This document shows, one piece after another, positions 26,102 through 36,576 of a stretch of DNA of 48,656 nucleotides. The position numbers and the translations under genes were made by a program. This DNA comes from a virus. Taxonomy: Duplodnaviria; Heunggongvirae; Uroviricota; Caudoviricetes. The stretch is taken from IMG/VR virus record IMGVR_UViG_2534681762_000009, positions 1-48,656 of that record; one strand, 5' to 3'. Numbering within the stretch: the first letter of the stretch is position 1; each line of letters opens with the position of its first letter. The notes below the pieces were generated by a model. The model had not been told where the DNA came from. It worked only from the letters and a program-made list of their open reading frames with translations, and made no database searches.

Positions 26102-27690
26102 AACGAACGCCTGTCCTGATTGATGTGAACGGCGTTCCGCTTCGTGAGAGTCTCAGCTACAACGGGGGCGGTGCAGGATTTGGCGGGCAAATGGCTGAGT
26201 GGTTGCCACCGGCGCAGAGTGCCGATGCGGCCCTGCTACCCGCGTTGCGTCTGGGGAATGCCCGGGCAGATGATCTGGTGCGCAATAACGGAATAGCGGC
26301 TAATGCGGTGGCTCTGCATAAGGATCACATTGTCGGGCATATGTTTCTGATCAGCTACCGTCCGAACTGGCGCTGGCTGGGGATGCGGGAGACCGCAGCA
26401 AAAAGCTTTGTCGATGAGGTGGAGGCGGCTTGGTCGGAATACGCCGAAGGGATGTTTGGCGAGATCGACGTGGAAGGAAAACGCACGTTCACGGAATTTA
26501 TCCGTGAAGGTGTGGGCGTTCATGCGTTTAACGGCGAAATCTTTGTGCAGCCGGTCTGGGATACGGAAACCACGCAGTTATTCCGTACGCGTTTTAAAGC
26601 CGTGAGTCCGAAACGGGTGGACACGCCTGGACACGGTATGGGGAACCGTTTTCTGCGGGCCGGTGTGGAGGTCGATCGATATGGCCGTGCCGTCGCGTAC
26701 CATATTTGTGAGGACGATTTTCCGTTCTCTGGTAGTGGACGATGGGAACGGATCCCGCGTGAACTTCCCACCGGGCGTCCGGCCATGCTGCATATTTTCG
26801 AGCCGGTGGAGGACGGGCAGACCCGTGGGGCTAATCAGTTTTACAGCGTCATGGAACGGCTGAAGATGCTCGATTCCCTGCAGGCAACACAGCTTCAGTC
26901 GGCCATAGTGAAGGCGATGTATGCAGCGACGATTGAAAGTGAACTTGATACCGAAAAGGCCTTTGAATATATCGCCGGTGCGCCGCAGGGGCAGAAGGAT
27001 AATCCGCTTATTAATATTCTGGATAAGTTCTCCACCTGGTATGACACGAATAGCGTGACGCTGGGCGGTGTCAAAATTCCGCACCTTTTCCCCGGTGATG
27101 ATCTGAAACTTCAGACCGCGCAGGATTCAGACAATGGATTTTCGGCGCTTGAACAGGCGCTGCTGCGGTATATCGCCGCCGGTCTTGGCGTTTCCTACGA
27201 ACAGTTGTCCCGTGATTACTCGAAGGTCAGTTATTCAAGTGCCCGCGCATCCGCCAATGAGTCGTGGCGCTATTTTATGGGGCGGCGAAAATTTATTGCG
27301 TCCCGGCTGGCCACGCAGATGTTTTCCTGCTGGCTGGAAGAGGCACTTCTTCGGGGGATTATTCGTCCGCCACGGGCACGTTTTGATTTTTATCAGGCGC
27401 GATCAGCCTGGTCACGGGCTGAGTGGATTGGAGCCGGAAGAATGGCCATTGACGGGCTCAAGGAGGTTCAGGAATCAGTGATGCGCATTGAGGCCGGACT
27501 GAGCACGTATGAGAAAGAGCTGGCGCTGATGGGCGAGGATTATCAGGACATTTTCCGCCAGCAGGTCAGGGAATCTGCAGAGCGGGAAAAAGCCGGACTC
27601 TCACGTCCGGTGTGGATAGCGCAGGCGTATCAGCAGCAGATAGCGGAGAGTCGCAGGCCGGAAGAGGAGACAACACCACGTGAGACGTAA
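26098..27690 (+). CDS. B: Portal protein (gpB-like)
   Basis: 530-aa ORF in portal position, lambda-B-like length and context. Confidence 0.9.
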   Translation: MKRTPVLIDVNGVPLRESLSYNGGGAGFGGQMAEWLPPAQSADAALLPALRLGNARADDLVRNNGIAANAVALHKDHIVGHMFLISYRPNWRWLGMRETAAKSFVDEVEAAWSEYAEGMFGEIDVEGKRTFTEFIREGVGVHAFNGEIFVQPVWDTETTQLFRTRFKAVSPKRVDTPGHGMGNRFLRAGVEVDRYGRAVAYHICEDDFPFSGSGRWERIPRELPTGRPAMLHIFEPVEDGQTRGANQFYSVMERLKMLDSLQATQLQSAIVKAMYAATIESELDTEKAFEYIAGAPQGQKDNPLINILDKFSTWYDTNSVTLGGVKIPHLFPGDDLKLQTAQDSDNGFSALEQALLRYIAAGLGVSYEQLSRDYSKVSYSSARASANESWRYFMGRRKFIASRLATQMFSCWLEEALLRGIIRPPRARFDFYQARSAWSRAEWIGAGRMAIDGLKEVQESVMRIEAGLSTYEKELALMGEDYQDIFRQQVRESAEREKAGLSRPVWIAQAYQQQIAESRRPEEETTPRET

Positions 27691-29185
27691 TCTTTCACAC
27701 ATTATTGCCGCAGCATTCAATGAACCGCTGCTTCTGGAGCCCGCCTATGCGCGGGTTTTCTTTTGCGCGCTCGGGCGCGAGATGGGGGCAGCAAGTCTTT
27801 CGGTACCACAACAACAGGTACAGCTTGATGCTCCCGGAATGCTGGCTGAAACGGACGAGTACATGGCCGGAGGTAAACGACCGGCCCGTGTTTACCGGGT
27901 GGTGAACGGTATTGCTGTACTGCCGGTGACCGGCACGCTGGTGCACCGGCTGGGCGGTATGCGGCCATTTTCCGGAATGACAGGCTATGACGGCATTGTC
28001 GCCTGTCTTCAGCAGGCAATGGCAGATAGCCAGGTGCGGGGCGTACTGCTGGACATTGACAGTCCGGGCGGGCAGGCCGCCGGCGCGTTTGACTGCGCTG
28101 ACATGATTTACCGCCTCCGTCAGCAGAAGCCGGTCTGGGCACTGTGCAATGACACGGCCTGTTCTGCAGCCATGCTGCTGGCGTCGGCCTGCTCCCGACG
28201 GCTGGTTACCCAGACATCCCGTATCGGCTCCATTGGCGTGATGATGAGCCATGTCAGCTATGCCGGTCATCTGGCGCAGGCCGGGGTGGATATCACGCTG
28301 ATTTATGCCGGGGCGCACAAGGTGGATGGCAATCAGTTTGAAGCCTTACCGGCAGAGGTGCGTCAGGACATGCAGCAGCGGGTTGATGCGGCGCACCGGA
28401 TGTTTGCCGAAAAAGTGGCGATGTATACGGGGCTGTCTGTGGAAGCTGTCACGGGGACAGAGGCTGCCGTTTTTGAAGGTCAGTCCGCTATTAAGACCGG
28501 ACTGGCGGATGAATTAATCAATGCGTCGGATGCCATCAGCGTGATGGCTGCGGCGCTGAACACTCATGATACAGGAGGCACTATGCCGCAATTAACTGCA
28601 ACGGAAGCTGCCGCGCAGGAGAACCAGCGAGTGATAGGGATCCTGACGTGTCAGGAAGCGAAAGGACGTGAACAGCTTGCCACGATGCTGGCAGGACAAC
28701 AGGGCATGAGCATTGAACAGGCCCGGGCGATTCTGGCCGCGGCGGCACCACAGCAGCCGGTGGCATCCGCGCAGAGTGAAGCCGATCGCATTATGGCGTG
28801 TGAAGAAGCGAACGGTCGTGAACAACTGGCGGCAACGCTGGCGGCGATGCCGGAGATGACGGTGGAAAAAGCCCGCCCGATCCTGGCTGCCTCACCGCAG
28901 GCGAATGCCGGGCCCTCACTTCGTGATCAGATCATGGCCCTGGATGAGGCAAAAGGGGCAGAAGCGCAGGCTGAAAAACTGGCGGCCTGCCCGGGAATGA
29001 CCGTGGAGAACGCCCGGGCTGTGCTGGCTGCGGGATCAGGTAAGGCCGAACCGGTCTCTGCATCCACAACCGCCCTGTTTGAACATTTCATGGCGAATCA
29101 TTCACCGGCAGCGGTGCGGGGTGGCGTGTCACAGACGTCAGCAGACGGTGATGCGGACGTGAAAATGCTCATGGCCATGCCATGA
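27680..29185 (+). CDS. C: Head maturation protease/scaffold (gpC-like, S49/ClpP-type) with C-terminal tandem repeats (Nu3-like region nested)
   Basis: 501-aa ORF after portal; three ~40-aa tandem repeats (…GREQLA…L A…M(S/T)(I/V)E(Q/K)AR(A/P)ILAA…) in C-terminal third. Confidence 0.8.
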   Translation: MRRNLSHIIAAAFNEPLLLEPAYARVFFCALGREMGAASLSVPQQQVQLDAPGMLAETDEYMAGGKRPARVYRVVNGIAVLPVTGTLVHRLGGMRPFSGMTGYDGIVACLQQAMADSQVRGVLLDIDSPGGQAAGAFDCADMIYRLRQQKPVWALCNDTACSAAMLLASACSRRLVTQTSRIGSIGVMMSHVSYAGHLAQAGVDITLIYAGAHKVDGNQFEALPAEVRQDMQQRVDAAHRMFAEKVAMYTGLSVEAVTGTEAAVFEGQSAIKTGLADELINASDAISVMAAALNTHDTGGTMPQLTATEAAAQENQRVIGILTCQEAKGREQLATMLAGQQGMSIEQARAILAAAAPQQPVASAQSEADRIMACEEANGREQLAATLAAMPEMTVEKARPILAASPQANAGPSLRDQIMALDEAKGAEAQAEKLAACPGMTVENARAVLAAGSGKAEPVSASTTALFEHFMANHSPAAVRGGVSQTSADGDADVKMLMAMP

Positions 29186-29221
29186 AGTCAGTGCTGACCA
29201 TCAATATGAGGTTTTAACAAA

Positions 29222-29569
29222 ATGGTGACGAAAACCATCACTGAACAGCGTGCGGAAGTACGTATTTTTGCCGGTAATGATCCGGCTCATACCGCCACAG
29301 GCAGCAGCGGGATTTCTTCTGCAACACCGGCTCTGACGCCCCTGATGCTGGATGAAGTCACCGGGAAACTGGTGGTCTGGGATGGACAGAAAGCCGGTAG
29401 TGCGGTTGGCATACTGGTACTGCCGCTTGAAGGCACAGAGACGGTGCTGACCTATTACAAGTCGGGGACCTTTGCGACGGAGGCAATCCGCTGGCCTGAC
29501 AGTGTGGATGAACACAAAAAGGCAAATGCCTTTGCCGGCACAGCCCTGAGTCACACGGCTCTGCCGTAA
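29222..29569 (+). CDS. D: Head decoration protein (gpD-like)
   Basis: Similarity to lambda D (DPAHTATG…TPLMLD…KLVVWDG…AVGIL…YYKSGTF). Confidence 0.9.
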   Translation: MVTKTITEQRAEVRIFAGNDPAHTATGSSGISSATPALTPLMLDEVTGKLVVWDGQKAGSAVGILVLPLEGTETVLTYYKSGTFATEAIRWPDSVDEHKKANAFAGTALSHTALP

Positions 29570-29626
29570 CACGTTATCAGGCCACCATGGCGGCCTGACT
29601 GATTTCTGAATGAAAGGAACTGATTT

Positions 29627-30655
29627 ATGGGATTGTTTACGACCCGCCAGTTACTCGGTTATACCGAACAAAAAGTGAAATTCCGTGCGCTGTTTCTGGA
29701 GCTGTTTTTCCGCCGTACGGTGAATTTCCACACCGAAGAGGTGATGCTGGACAAAATTACCGGAAAAACGCCGGTGGCGGCCTATGTCTCCCCGATCGTT
29801 GAAGGAAAAGTGCTTCGCCATCGCGGTGGTGAAACCCGCGTGTTACGTCCGGGCTACGTCAAGCCGAAACACGAATTTAATTACCAGCAGGCGGTTGAGC
29901 GCCTTCCTGGTGAAGATCCGGCTCAGCTGAACGACCCGGCCTACCGTCGTCTGCGTATCATTACCGATAACCTCAAACAGGAAGAGCACGCCATTGTCCA
30001 GGTGGAAGAAATGCAGGCGGTGAATGCCGTGCTGTATGGCAAATACACCATGGAAGGGGATCAGTTTGATACTGTCGAGGTGGATTTCGGGCGCTCTGAA
30101 GGAAATAACATTGAGCAGGCTGACGGTAAAAAATGGTCTGAGCAGGACCGTGATACGTTTGATCCGACGCATGATATTGACCTCTACTGCGATCAGGCCA
30201 GCGGCCTTGTGAATATCGCCATTATGGACGGTACGGTCTGGCGTCTGCTGAATGGCTTTAAGCTGTTCCGCGAAAAACTGGATACCCGTCGCGGCTCAAA
30301 TTCACAACTCGAAACGGCAGTGAAAGATCTGGGCGCAGTGGTGTCCTTCAAGGGGTATTACGGCGATCTGGCCATTGTGGTGGCGAAAACGTCTTATGTG
30401 GCAGAGGACGGTACCGAAAAACGTTATCTGCCGGAGGGCATGCTGGTGCTGGGGAATACGGCAGCAGAGGGCATTCGTTGCTATGGTGCCATTAAGGATG
30501 CACAGGCGTTGTCTGAAGGAGTGGTGGCTTCTTCCCGTTACCCGAAACACTGGCTGACCGTGGGCGATCCGTCCTGTGAATTCACCATGACGCAGTCCGC
30601 TCCGCTGATGGTGCTGCCGGATCCGGATGAGTTTGTGGTGGTACAGGTGAAATAA
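29627..30655 (+). CDS. E: Major capsid protein (gpE-like)
   Basis: Close similarity to lambda E throughout (YVSPIV, PGYVKPKHE, QVEEMQAVNAVLYGKYTM, TMTQSAPLMVLPDPDEFV). Confidence 0.95.
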   Translation: MGLFTTRQLLGYTEQKVKFRALFLELFFRRTVNFHTEEVMLDKITGKTPVAAYVSPIVEGKVLRHRGGETRVLRPGYVKPKHEFNYQQAVERLPGEDPAQLNDPAYRRLRIITDNLKQEEHAIVQVEEMQAVNAVLYGKYTMEGDQFDTVEVDFGRSEGNNIEQADGKKWSEQDRDTFDPTHDIDLYCDQASGLVNIAIMDGTVWRLLNGFKLFREKLDTRRGSNSQLETAVKDLGAVVSFKGYYGDLAIVVAKTSYVAEDGTEKRYLPEGMLVLGNTAAEGIRCYGAIKDAQALSEGVVASSRYPKHWLTVGDPSCEFTMTQSAPLMVLPDPDEFVVVQVK

Positions 30656-30663
30656 TCCGTGAG

Positions 30664-30692
30664 CGGGGGCGAAATGCCCCCGTGTCTTTTTT
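30664..30692 (+). terminator. Stem-loop with U-tract between E and FI (attenuator/terminator)
   Basis: CGGGGGC-gaaat-GCCCCCG followed by TGTCTTTTTTC. Confidence 0.45.
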
Positions 30693-30706
30693 CACAGGAG
30701 GCTGAG

Positions 30707-31090
30707 ATGGCAACAAAAGAAGAAAATCTGAATCGTCTTCGTCAACTGGCTGGCCTGCTGGGGCGCGAGGCGGATATGTCGGGGAGTGCTGCGGATATTG
30801 CTCAACGTGTGTCTGAGTGGGAAGAGGAGCTTGCTGTTTCCCCGGAGGGCATTATGCACTCTGATGAGAGCGGGGCTGATCAAAATCACACAGACGATGG
30901 TGAGCAGTTGAACAACACGGATGCTCCGGATGATGTTAAAGCCGTCCGGGTACGGAAGTGCCTGCAAGTAATGGGGTATTGCCCGGAGACAGGTCGTCCC
31001 GTTGAGCTGGCGTTACGGGGTATGCGTGTTCTGGTGCCATCATCACTGGCAACGGCCATGATACAGCACGGAACGGCTGAATATGCGTGA
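30707..31090 (+). CDS. DNA packaging protein FI-like
   Basis: 127-aa ORF from ATG with GGAGG RBS, position between E and FII. Confidence 0.65.
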   Translation: MATKEENLNRLRQLAGLLGREADMSGSAADIAQRVSEWEEELAVSPEGIMHSDESGADQNHTDDGEQLNNTDAPDDVKAVRVRKCLQVMGYCPETGRPVELALRGMRVLVPSSLATAMIQHGTAEYA

Positions 31091-31436
31091 TTTTCAGAAT
31101 GCCTTTGATGCTGCCCTCGCCGGGGTAGACAGTACGATCGTTGAAGTGATGGGGCTCTGTGCGCAGTTCACCTCGGGGGCACAGTGTGGCAGCGAAGTTC
31201 AGGGGGTTTTTGATGATCCGGAGTCGCTGGGGTTTGCCGGTGGCGGGGTCCGTATTGAAGGAAGCAGCCCGTCATTATTTGTGCGGACGGATACGGTTCG
31301 TGCCGTGCGGCGTGGTGACACGCTGACCATTAATGGTGAGATATTCTGGGTGGATCGTGTTTCTCCGGATGACGGGGGCAGCTGTTATCTCTGGCTCAAC
31401 CGTGGTCAACCACCCGCAGTTAACCGGCGACGATAA
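31083..31436 (+). CDS. Head-tail connector FII-like
   Basis: Similarity to lambda FII (GVFDDPES…GVRIEGSSPSLFVRTD…RRGDTLTI…FWVDRVSPDDGGSC.LWL.RG.PPAVNRRR). Confidence 0.85.
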   Translation: MRDFQNAFDAALAGVDSTIVEVMGLCAQFTSGAQCGSEVQGVFDDPESLGFAGGGVRIEGSSPSLFVRTDTVRAVRRGDTLTINGEIFWVDRVSPDDGGSCYLWLNRGQPPAVNRRR

Positions 31437-31451
31437 ACGCAGGGTGAAATT

Positions 31452-31985
31452 ATGGCGATAAAAGGGCTTGATCAGGCGATTGACAATCTGAGCCGGGTTC
31501 GTAAAAACGCCATTCCGGCGGCTTCAGCAATGGCCATTAACCGCGTGGCCACAACGGCGATTAATCAGTCTTCATCACAGGTTGCCCGGGAGACAAAGGT
31601 TCGCCGGAAACTGGTAAAGGAACGGTCCAGACTGAAACGGGCGACGGTCAGAAATCCGAATGCCAAAATTATCGTTAACCGCGGTGATCTCCCTGTGATT
31701 AAGCTGGGGATCAGGATGCTGGGGCGTCGCCCGAACAGCATACTTAAAGCCGGTCAGCATCGGTATCAGCGGGCATTTATTCAGCGATTAAAAAATGGTC
31801 GCTGGCATGTCATGCAGCGTGTGGCCGGGAAAAACCGTTACCCCATTGATGTGGTGAAAATCCCGATGGCGGCCCCACTGAAACAGGCATTTGATGAGAA
31901 TGTTGACCGTATCCGGCGTGAACGCCTGCCTAAAGAACTGGCATACGCGCTGAAACAACAACTGAGGATTGCAATAAAACGATGA
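31452..31985 (+). CDS. Z: Tail completion protein Z-like
   Basis: 177-aa ORF in Z position. Confidence 0.8.
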   Translation: MAIKGLDQAIDNLSRVRKNAIPAASAMAINRVATTAINQSSSQVARETKVRRKLVKERSRLKRATVRNPNAKIIVNRGDLPVIKLGIRMLGRRPNSILKAGQHRYQRAFIQRLKNGRWHVMQRVAGKNRYPIDVVKIPMAAPLKQAFDENVDRIRRERLPKELAYALKQQLRIAIKR

Positions 31986-32377
31986 AACACACTGACATTC
32001 GTGCCGCAGTGCTGGATGCACTCGAGCAGCATGAACACGGGGCGACGCTGTTTGATGGTCGCCCCGTTGTTTTTGACGAAGAGGATTTTCCTGCGATCGC
32101 GGTTTATCTGACGGATGCAGAGTATACCGGTGAAGAGCTGGATGCAGATACCTGGCGGGCCACGCTGCATATTGAGGTGTTTTTACCGGCACAGGTACCG
32201 GATTCAGAGCTTGATCAGTGGATGGAAAGCCGGATTTACCCGGCGATGACCGCGATCCCGGCACTGGCAGGACTGATTACCACGATGGTTACGCAGGGCT
32301 ATGAGTATCGTCGTGATGACGATATGGCGTTATGGAGTTCTGCAGATCTGACTTATTCCATTACATACGAGATGTGA
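31982..32377 (+). CDS. U: Tail terminator U-like
   Basis: 131-aa ORF in U position, ATGA-coupled to Z. Confidence 0.8.
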   Translation: MKHTDIRAAVLDALEQHEHGATLFDGRPVVFDEEDFPAIAVYLTDAEYTGEELDADTWRATLHIEVFLPAQVPDSELDQWMESRIYPAMTAIPALAGLITTMVTQGYEYRRDDDMALWSSADLTYSITYEM

Positions 32378-32384
32378 GGACGAT

Positions 32385-33137
32385 ATGGCAACACCAAATC
32401 CCCTAGAGCCGGTAAAAGGTGCCGGTACCACTCTGTGGGTTTACAACGGCAAGGGTGATGCTTATGCAAACCCGTTGTCAGACGATGACTGGCAGCGACT
32501 GGCTAAGGTGAAGGATCTGACGCCGGGCGAGATGACGGCAGAATCCTACGATGATAACTACCTGGATGATGAAGACGCGGACTGGACCGCGACCGGGCAG
32601 GGGCAGAAATCTGCAGGTGATACCAGTTTTACGCTGGCCTGGAAACCGGGAGAGGAAGGCCAGAAAGGGCTTATAGGCTGGTTTGAAAGCGGCGATGTCC
32701 GGGCCTATAAAATCCGTTTTCCGAATGGCACGGTGGATGTGTTTCGTGGCTGGGTCAGCAGTATCGGTAAGGCCGTGACGGCGAAAGAAGTGATCACCCG
32801 CACGGTGAAAGTCACTAACGTGGGTAAACCTTCTGTAGCGGAAGAACGCAGCAAAATTACGCCGGTCAGTGCGATTAAGGTGACGCCGACATCCGGTACG
32901 GTGGCAAAAGGGAAAACAACCACCCTGACGGTTTCTTTTGAGCCGGAAAGTGCAACCGACAAGACGTTCAGAGCGGTTTCCGCCGATCCGTCGAAAGCCA
33001 CCATTAGTGTGAAAGATATGACAATTACGGTAAACGGCGTGGCGACAGGTAAGGTGCAGATCCCTGTGGTGAGCGGAAATGGTCAGTTCGCCGCAGTGGC
33101 TGAAGTCACCGTTACTGAAGCGGGCGCTGCAGGGTAA
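32385..33137 (+). CDS. V: Major tail protein V-like with C-terminal Ig-like domain
   Basis: 250-aa ORF; C-terminal T/V/K-rich β-rich region ([31 protein letters not shown]). Confidence 0.9.
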   Translation: MATPNPLEPVKGAGTTLWVYNGKGDAYANPLSDDDWQRLAKVKDLTPGEMTAESYDDNYLDDEDADWTATGQGQKSAGDTSFTLAWKPGEEGQKGLIGWFESGDVRAYKIRFPNGTVDVFRGWVSSIGKAVTAKEVITRTVKVTNVGKPSVAEERSKITPVSAIKVTPTSGTVAKGKTTTLTVSFEPESATDKTFRAVSADPSKATISVKDMTITVNGVATGKVQIPVVSGNGQFAAVAEVTVTEAGAAG

Positions 33138-33150
33138 ACGGAGGTAATAC

Positions 33151-33582
33151 ATGTTTCTGAAAACAGAACAATTTGAATATAACGGTGTGTCTGTCACGCT
33201 TTCCGAATTGTCTGCGCTGCAGCGTATCGAGCATCTTGCCCTCCTGAAACGGCGTGCAGAACAGGCAGAATCCTGCGGCAACCTGCAGGTAAGCGTGGAA
33301 GATCTCGTCAGAACCGGCGCGTTTCTGGTGGCGATGTCCCTGTGGCATAACCATCCACAGAAAACGCAGTCACCGTCAATGAATGAGGCCGTGATGAAGA
33401 TAGAGCAGGAAGTGCTCACCACCTGGCCTGCCGATGCCATTGCCCGGGCGGAAGACGTGGTGTTGTGCCTGTCCGGGATGATCGAAGCTGTTCGTCCGGA
33501 TACTGATATTACTGAAGTGGCGAAAAATAACACGCTGACTGATGATGATTTTTCTGCGGGAAAGTCTTCGACGGCGAGCTGA
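33151..33582 (+). CDS. G: Tail assembly chaperone G-like
   Basis: 143-aa ORF; contains slippery heptamer G-GGA-AAG near 3' end. Confidence 0.85.
   Translation: MFLKTEQFEYNGVSVTLSELSALQRIEHLALLKRRAEQAESCGNLQVSVEDLVRTGAFLVAMSLWHNHPQKTQSPSMNEAVMKIEQEVLTTWPADAIARAEDVVLCLSGMIEAVRPDTDITEVAKNNTLTDDDFSAGKSSTAS
33558..33564 (+). promoter_or_regulatory. Programmed -1 ribosomal frameshift slippery site (G GGA AAG) for G-T fusion
   Basis: GGGAAAG in zero frame as G-GGA-AAG; the -1 frame from this point is continuous with the T-like ORF at 33609-34022. Confidence 0.7.
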
Positions 33583-33608
33583 ACTTTGCCCTCAGACTGG
33601 CGCGTGAG

Positions 33609-34022
33609 ATGGGGAGACCCGACTGGCGCGCCATGCTTGCCGGGATGACATCCACCGAATATGCCGACTGGCACCGTTTTTACCGCACGCATTATTTTCA
33701 GGATACCCAGCTGGATATGCATTTTTCCGGGCTGACGTACGCTGTACTCAGCCTGTTTTTTTGCGATCCGGATATGCATCCCTCTGATTTCAGTCTGCTT
33801 GTCCCCCGGCATGAGGAAGAGCAGGTGGAGAGGCCGGATGAGGACAAAATGCTGATGCAGAAAGCGGCAGGACTTGCCGGAGGCGTCCGGTTCGGTGGGG
33901 ACGGAGGGCGCGATATTTTATCGTCTGCGGATGTGGCGGATGTCATGGTGGATGATGCCGCATTAATGATGGCTTCAGCGGGGATTCCGGGAGGTGTGAG
34001 ATATGTCCCAGCCGGTTGGTGA
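33609..34022 (+). CDS. T: T-like extension of tail assembly chaperone (expressed as G-T frameshift fusion)
   Basis: ORF in -1 frame relative to G, in frame with shifted reading from slippery site; overlaps H start. Confidence 0.75.
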   Translation: MGRPDWRAMLAGMTSTEYADWHRFYRTHYFQDTQLDMHFSGLTYAVLSLFFCDPDMHPSDFSLLVPRHEEEQVERPDEDKMLMQKAAGLAGGVRFGGDGGRDILSSADVADVMVDDAALMMASAGIPGGVRYVPAGW

Positions 34023-36576
34023 TCTTGTTATTGACCTTAGTCTGGATGCTGTCCGTTTCGATGAGCAGATGAGCCGGGTAAGGCGTCATTTTTCAGGTCT
34101 GGATACCGACGCCAGAAAAACCGCCAGTGCTGTTGAACAGGGCCTGAGCCGCCAGGCGCTGGCTGCACAAAAAGCCGGGATTTCCGTCGGGCAGTATAAA
34201 GCGGCCATGCGAACCCTGCCCGCACAGTTTACGGATATCGCCACGCAGCTTGCAGGTGGTCAGAATCCCTGGCTGATCCTGCTGCAACAGGGCGGTCAGG
34301 TGAAGGACTCCTTCGGCGGGATGATCCCCATGTTCAGGGGGCTTGCCGGTGCGATCACCCTGCCGATGGTCGGGGTCACCTCGCTGGCGGTGGCGACAGG
34401 TGCGCTGGTGTACGCCTGGTACCAGGGAGATTCCACGCTTTCAGCGTTTAATAAAACCCTGGTTCTTTCCGGTAATCAGTCCGGACTGACTGCCGATCGT
34501 ATGCTGACTCTCTCAAGAGCCGGGCAGGCAGCAGGGCTGACGTTTAACCAGGCGAGAGAGTCACTGGCAGCCCTGGTGAATGCCGGTGTGCGTGGTGGTG
34601 AACAGTTTGATGCCATCAACCAGAGTGTCGCGCGTTTTGCGTCTGCATCCGGTGTGGAGGTGGATAAAGTCGCTGAAGCCTTCGGGAAGCTGACCACTGA
34701 CCCGACGTCGGGACTGATGGCGATGGCGCGCCAGTTCCGTAACGTGACGGCAGAGCAGATTGCGTATGTTGCACAGCTGCAGCGTTCCGGAGACGAGGCC
34801 GGGGCATTGCAGGCGGCGAACGATATCGCCACGAAAGGCTTTGATGAGCAGACCCGTCGCCTGAAAGAAAACATGGGAACACTGGAGACCTGGGCGGATA
34901 AAACAGGGAAGGCATTCAAATCGATGTGGGATGCCATTCTGGATATCGGTCGTCCTGAATCCTCAGCGGATATGCTCGCCAGTGCGCAGAAGGCATTTGA
35001 TGAGGCGGATAAAAAATGGCAGTGGTACCAGAGCCGGAGCCAGCGCCGGGGAAAGACCTCCTCTTTTCGTGCGAACCTTCAGGGGGCATGGGATGACCGG
35101 GAAAATGCCCGTCTGGGTCTGGCAGCGGCCACGCTGCAGTCGGATATGGAAAAAGCCGGTGAACTGGCGGCAAGGGACCGGGCTGAGCGTGAGGCGTCAC
35201 AGCTGAAGTATACCGGAGAGGCGCAGAAGGCGTATGAGCGCCTGCAGACGCCACTGGAGAAATATACCGCCCGTCAGAAAGAGCTGAATAAGGCCCTGAA
35301 AGACGGAAAAATCCTGCAGGCGGATTACAACACGCTGATGGCGTCGGCAAAAAAGGATTATGAATCGACGCTGAAAAAGCCGTCAGGTGTGAAGGTGTCT
35401 GCCGGTGAGCGCCAGGAAGACCGGGCGCATGCAGCCATGCTGGCGCTTGAAACCGAGCTCAGGACGCTGGAAAAACACAGCGGTGTGAATGAGAAAATCA
35501 GCCAGCAGCGCCGGGATTTATGGGAAGCGGAAAATCAGTATGTGGTCCTGAAAGAGGCCGCCACGAAACGGCAGTTATCTGAGCAGGAAAAATCCCTGCT
35601 GGCTCATGAGAAAGAGACGCTGGAGTACAAACGCCAGCTGGCTGAGCTGGGAGACAAGATTGAACACCAGAAGCGGCTGAATGAGCTGGCACAGCAGGCG
35701 GCGCGGTTTGAACAGCAGCAGAGCGCGAAGCAGGCGGCAATCAGCGCAAAAGCCCGCGGCCTCACTGACCGTCAGGCGCAGCGGGAGTCGGAAGAGCAGC
35801 GCCTTCGTGAGGTGTACGGTGATAATCCGGTTGCGCTGGCGAAGGCCACATCTGCACTGAAGAACACCTGGTCTGCGGAGGAGCAGCTTCGTGGAAGCTG
35901 GATGGCCGGGATGAAGTCCGGCTGGGGCGAGTGGGCGGAAAGTGCGACGGACAGTATGTCGCAGGTAAAAAGTGCAGCCACGCAGACCTTTGACGGTATT
36001 GCACAGAATATGGCAGCGATGCTGACCGGCAGCGAACAGAACTGGCGTGGTTTCACCCGTTCTGTGCTGTCCATGCTGACAGAGATTTTTCTGAAGCAGG
36101 CGATGGTGGGGATAGTCGGGAGTATCGGCAGCGCCATTGGCGGGGCTGTTGGTGGCGGCGCATCCGCGTCAGGCGGTACAGCCATTCAGGCTGCGGCGGC
36201 GAACTTCCATTTCGCGACCGGGGGATTTACGGGGACGGGGGGTAAATATGAACCTGCGGGGATTGTTCATCGCGGGGAGTTTGTCTTCACGAAGGAGGCG
36301 ACCAGCCGGATTGGTGTCGGCAATCTGTACCGCCTGATGCGGGGCTATGCGGAAGGTGGTTATGTCGGCGGTGCCGGAAGTCCGGCGCAGATGCGGCGGG
36401 CGGAAGGCATTAATTTTAATCAGAACAATCACGTGGTGATTCAGAACGACGGCCCCAACGGGCGGGCAGGGCCGCAGCTGATGAAAGCGGTGTATGAGAT
36501 GGCCCGCAAGGGGGCACAGGATGAACTCCGGCTGCAGTTGCGTGATGGCGGTATGTTATCAGGGAGCGGTGGATGA
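34003..36576 (+). CDS. H: Tail tape measure protein (gpH-like)
   Basis: 857-aa ORF, coiled-coil rich, Gly-rich C-terminal region (GSIGSAIGGAVGGGASASGGTAIQ). Confidence 0.9.
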   Translation: MSQPVGDLVIDLSLDAVRFDEQMSRVRRHFSGLDTDARKTASAVEQGLSRQALAAQKAGISVGQYKAAMRTLPAQFTDIATQLAGGQNPWLILLQQGGQVKDSFGGMIPMFRGLAGAITLPMVGVTSLAVATGALVYAWYQGDSTLSAFNKTLVLSGNQSGLTADRMLTLSRAGQAAGLTFNQARESLAALVNAGVRGGEQFDAINQSVARFASASGVEVDKVAEAFGKLTTDPTSGLMAMARQFRNVTAEQIAYVAQLQRSGDEAGALQAANDIATKGFDEQTRRLKENMGTLETWADKTGKAFKSMWDAILDIGRPESSADMLASAQKAFDEADKKWQWYQSRSQRRGKTSSFRANLQGAWDDRENARLGLAAATLQSDMEKAGELAARDRAEREASQLKYTGEAQKAYERLQTPLEKYTARQKELNKALKDGKILQADYNTLMASAKKDYESTLKKPSGVKVSAGERQEDRAHAAMLALETELRTLEKHSGVNEKISQQRRDLWEAENQYVVLKEAATKRQLSEQEKSLLAHEKETLEYKRQLAELGDKIEHQKRLNELAQQAARFEQQQSAKQAAISAKARGLTDRQAQRESEEQRLREVYGDNPVALAKATSALKNTWSAEEQLRGSWMAGMKSGWGEWAESATDSMSQVKSAATQTFDGIAQNMAAMLTGSEQNWRGFTRSVLSMLTEIFLKQAMVGIVGSIGSAIGGAVGGGASASGGTAIQAAAANFHFATGGFTGTGGKYEPAGIVHRGEFVFTKEATSRIGVGNLYRLMRGYAEGGYVGGAGSPAQMRRAEGINFNQNNHVVIQNDGPNGRAGPQLMKAVYEMARKGAQDELRLQLRDGGMLSGSGG

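Noticed and set aside
32478-33812. 444-aa minus-strand ORF
   Set aside because: Antisense to the lambda-like V, G and T tail genes, which have clear homology; basic low-complexity translation with no RBS context
34476-36185. Multiple minus-strand ORFs within the tape measure gene
   Set aside because: Antisense to gpH-like tape measure gene; Pro/Ala/Ser-rich low-complexity translations
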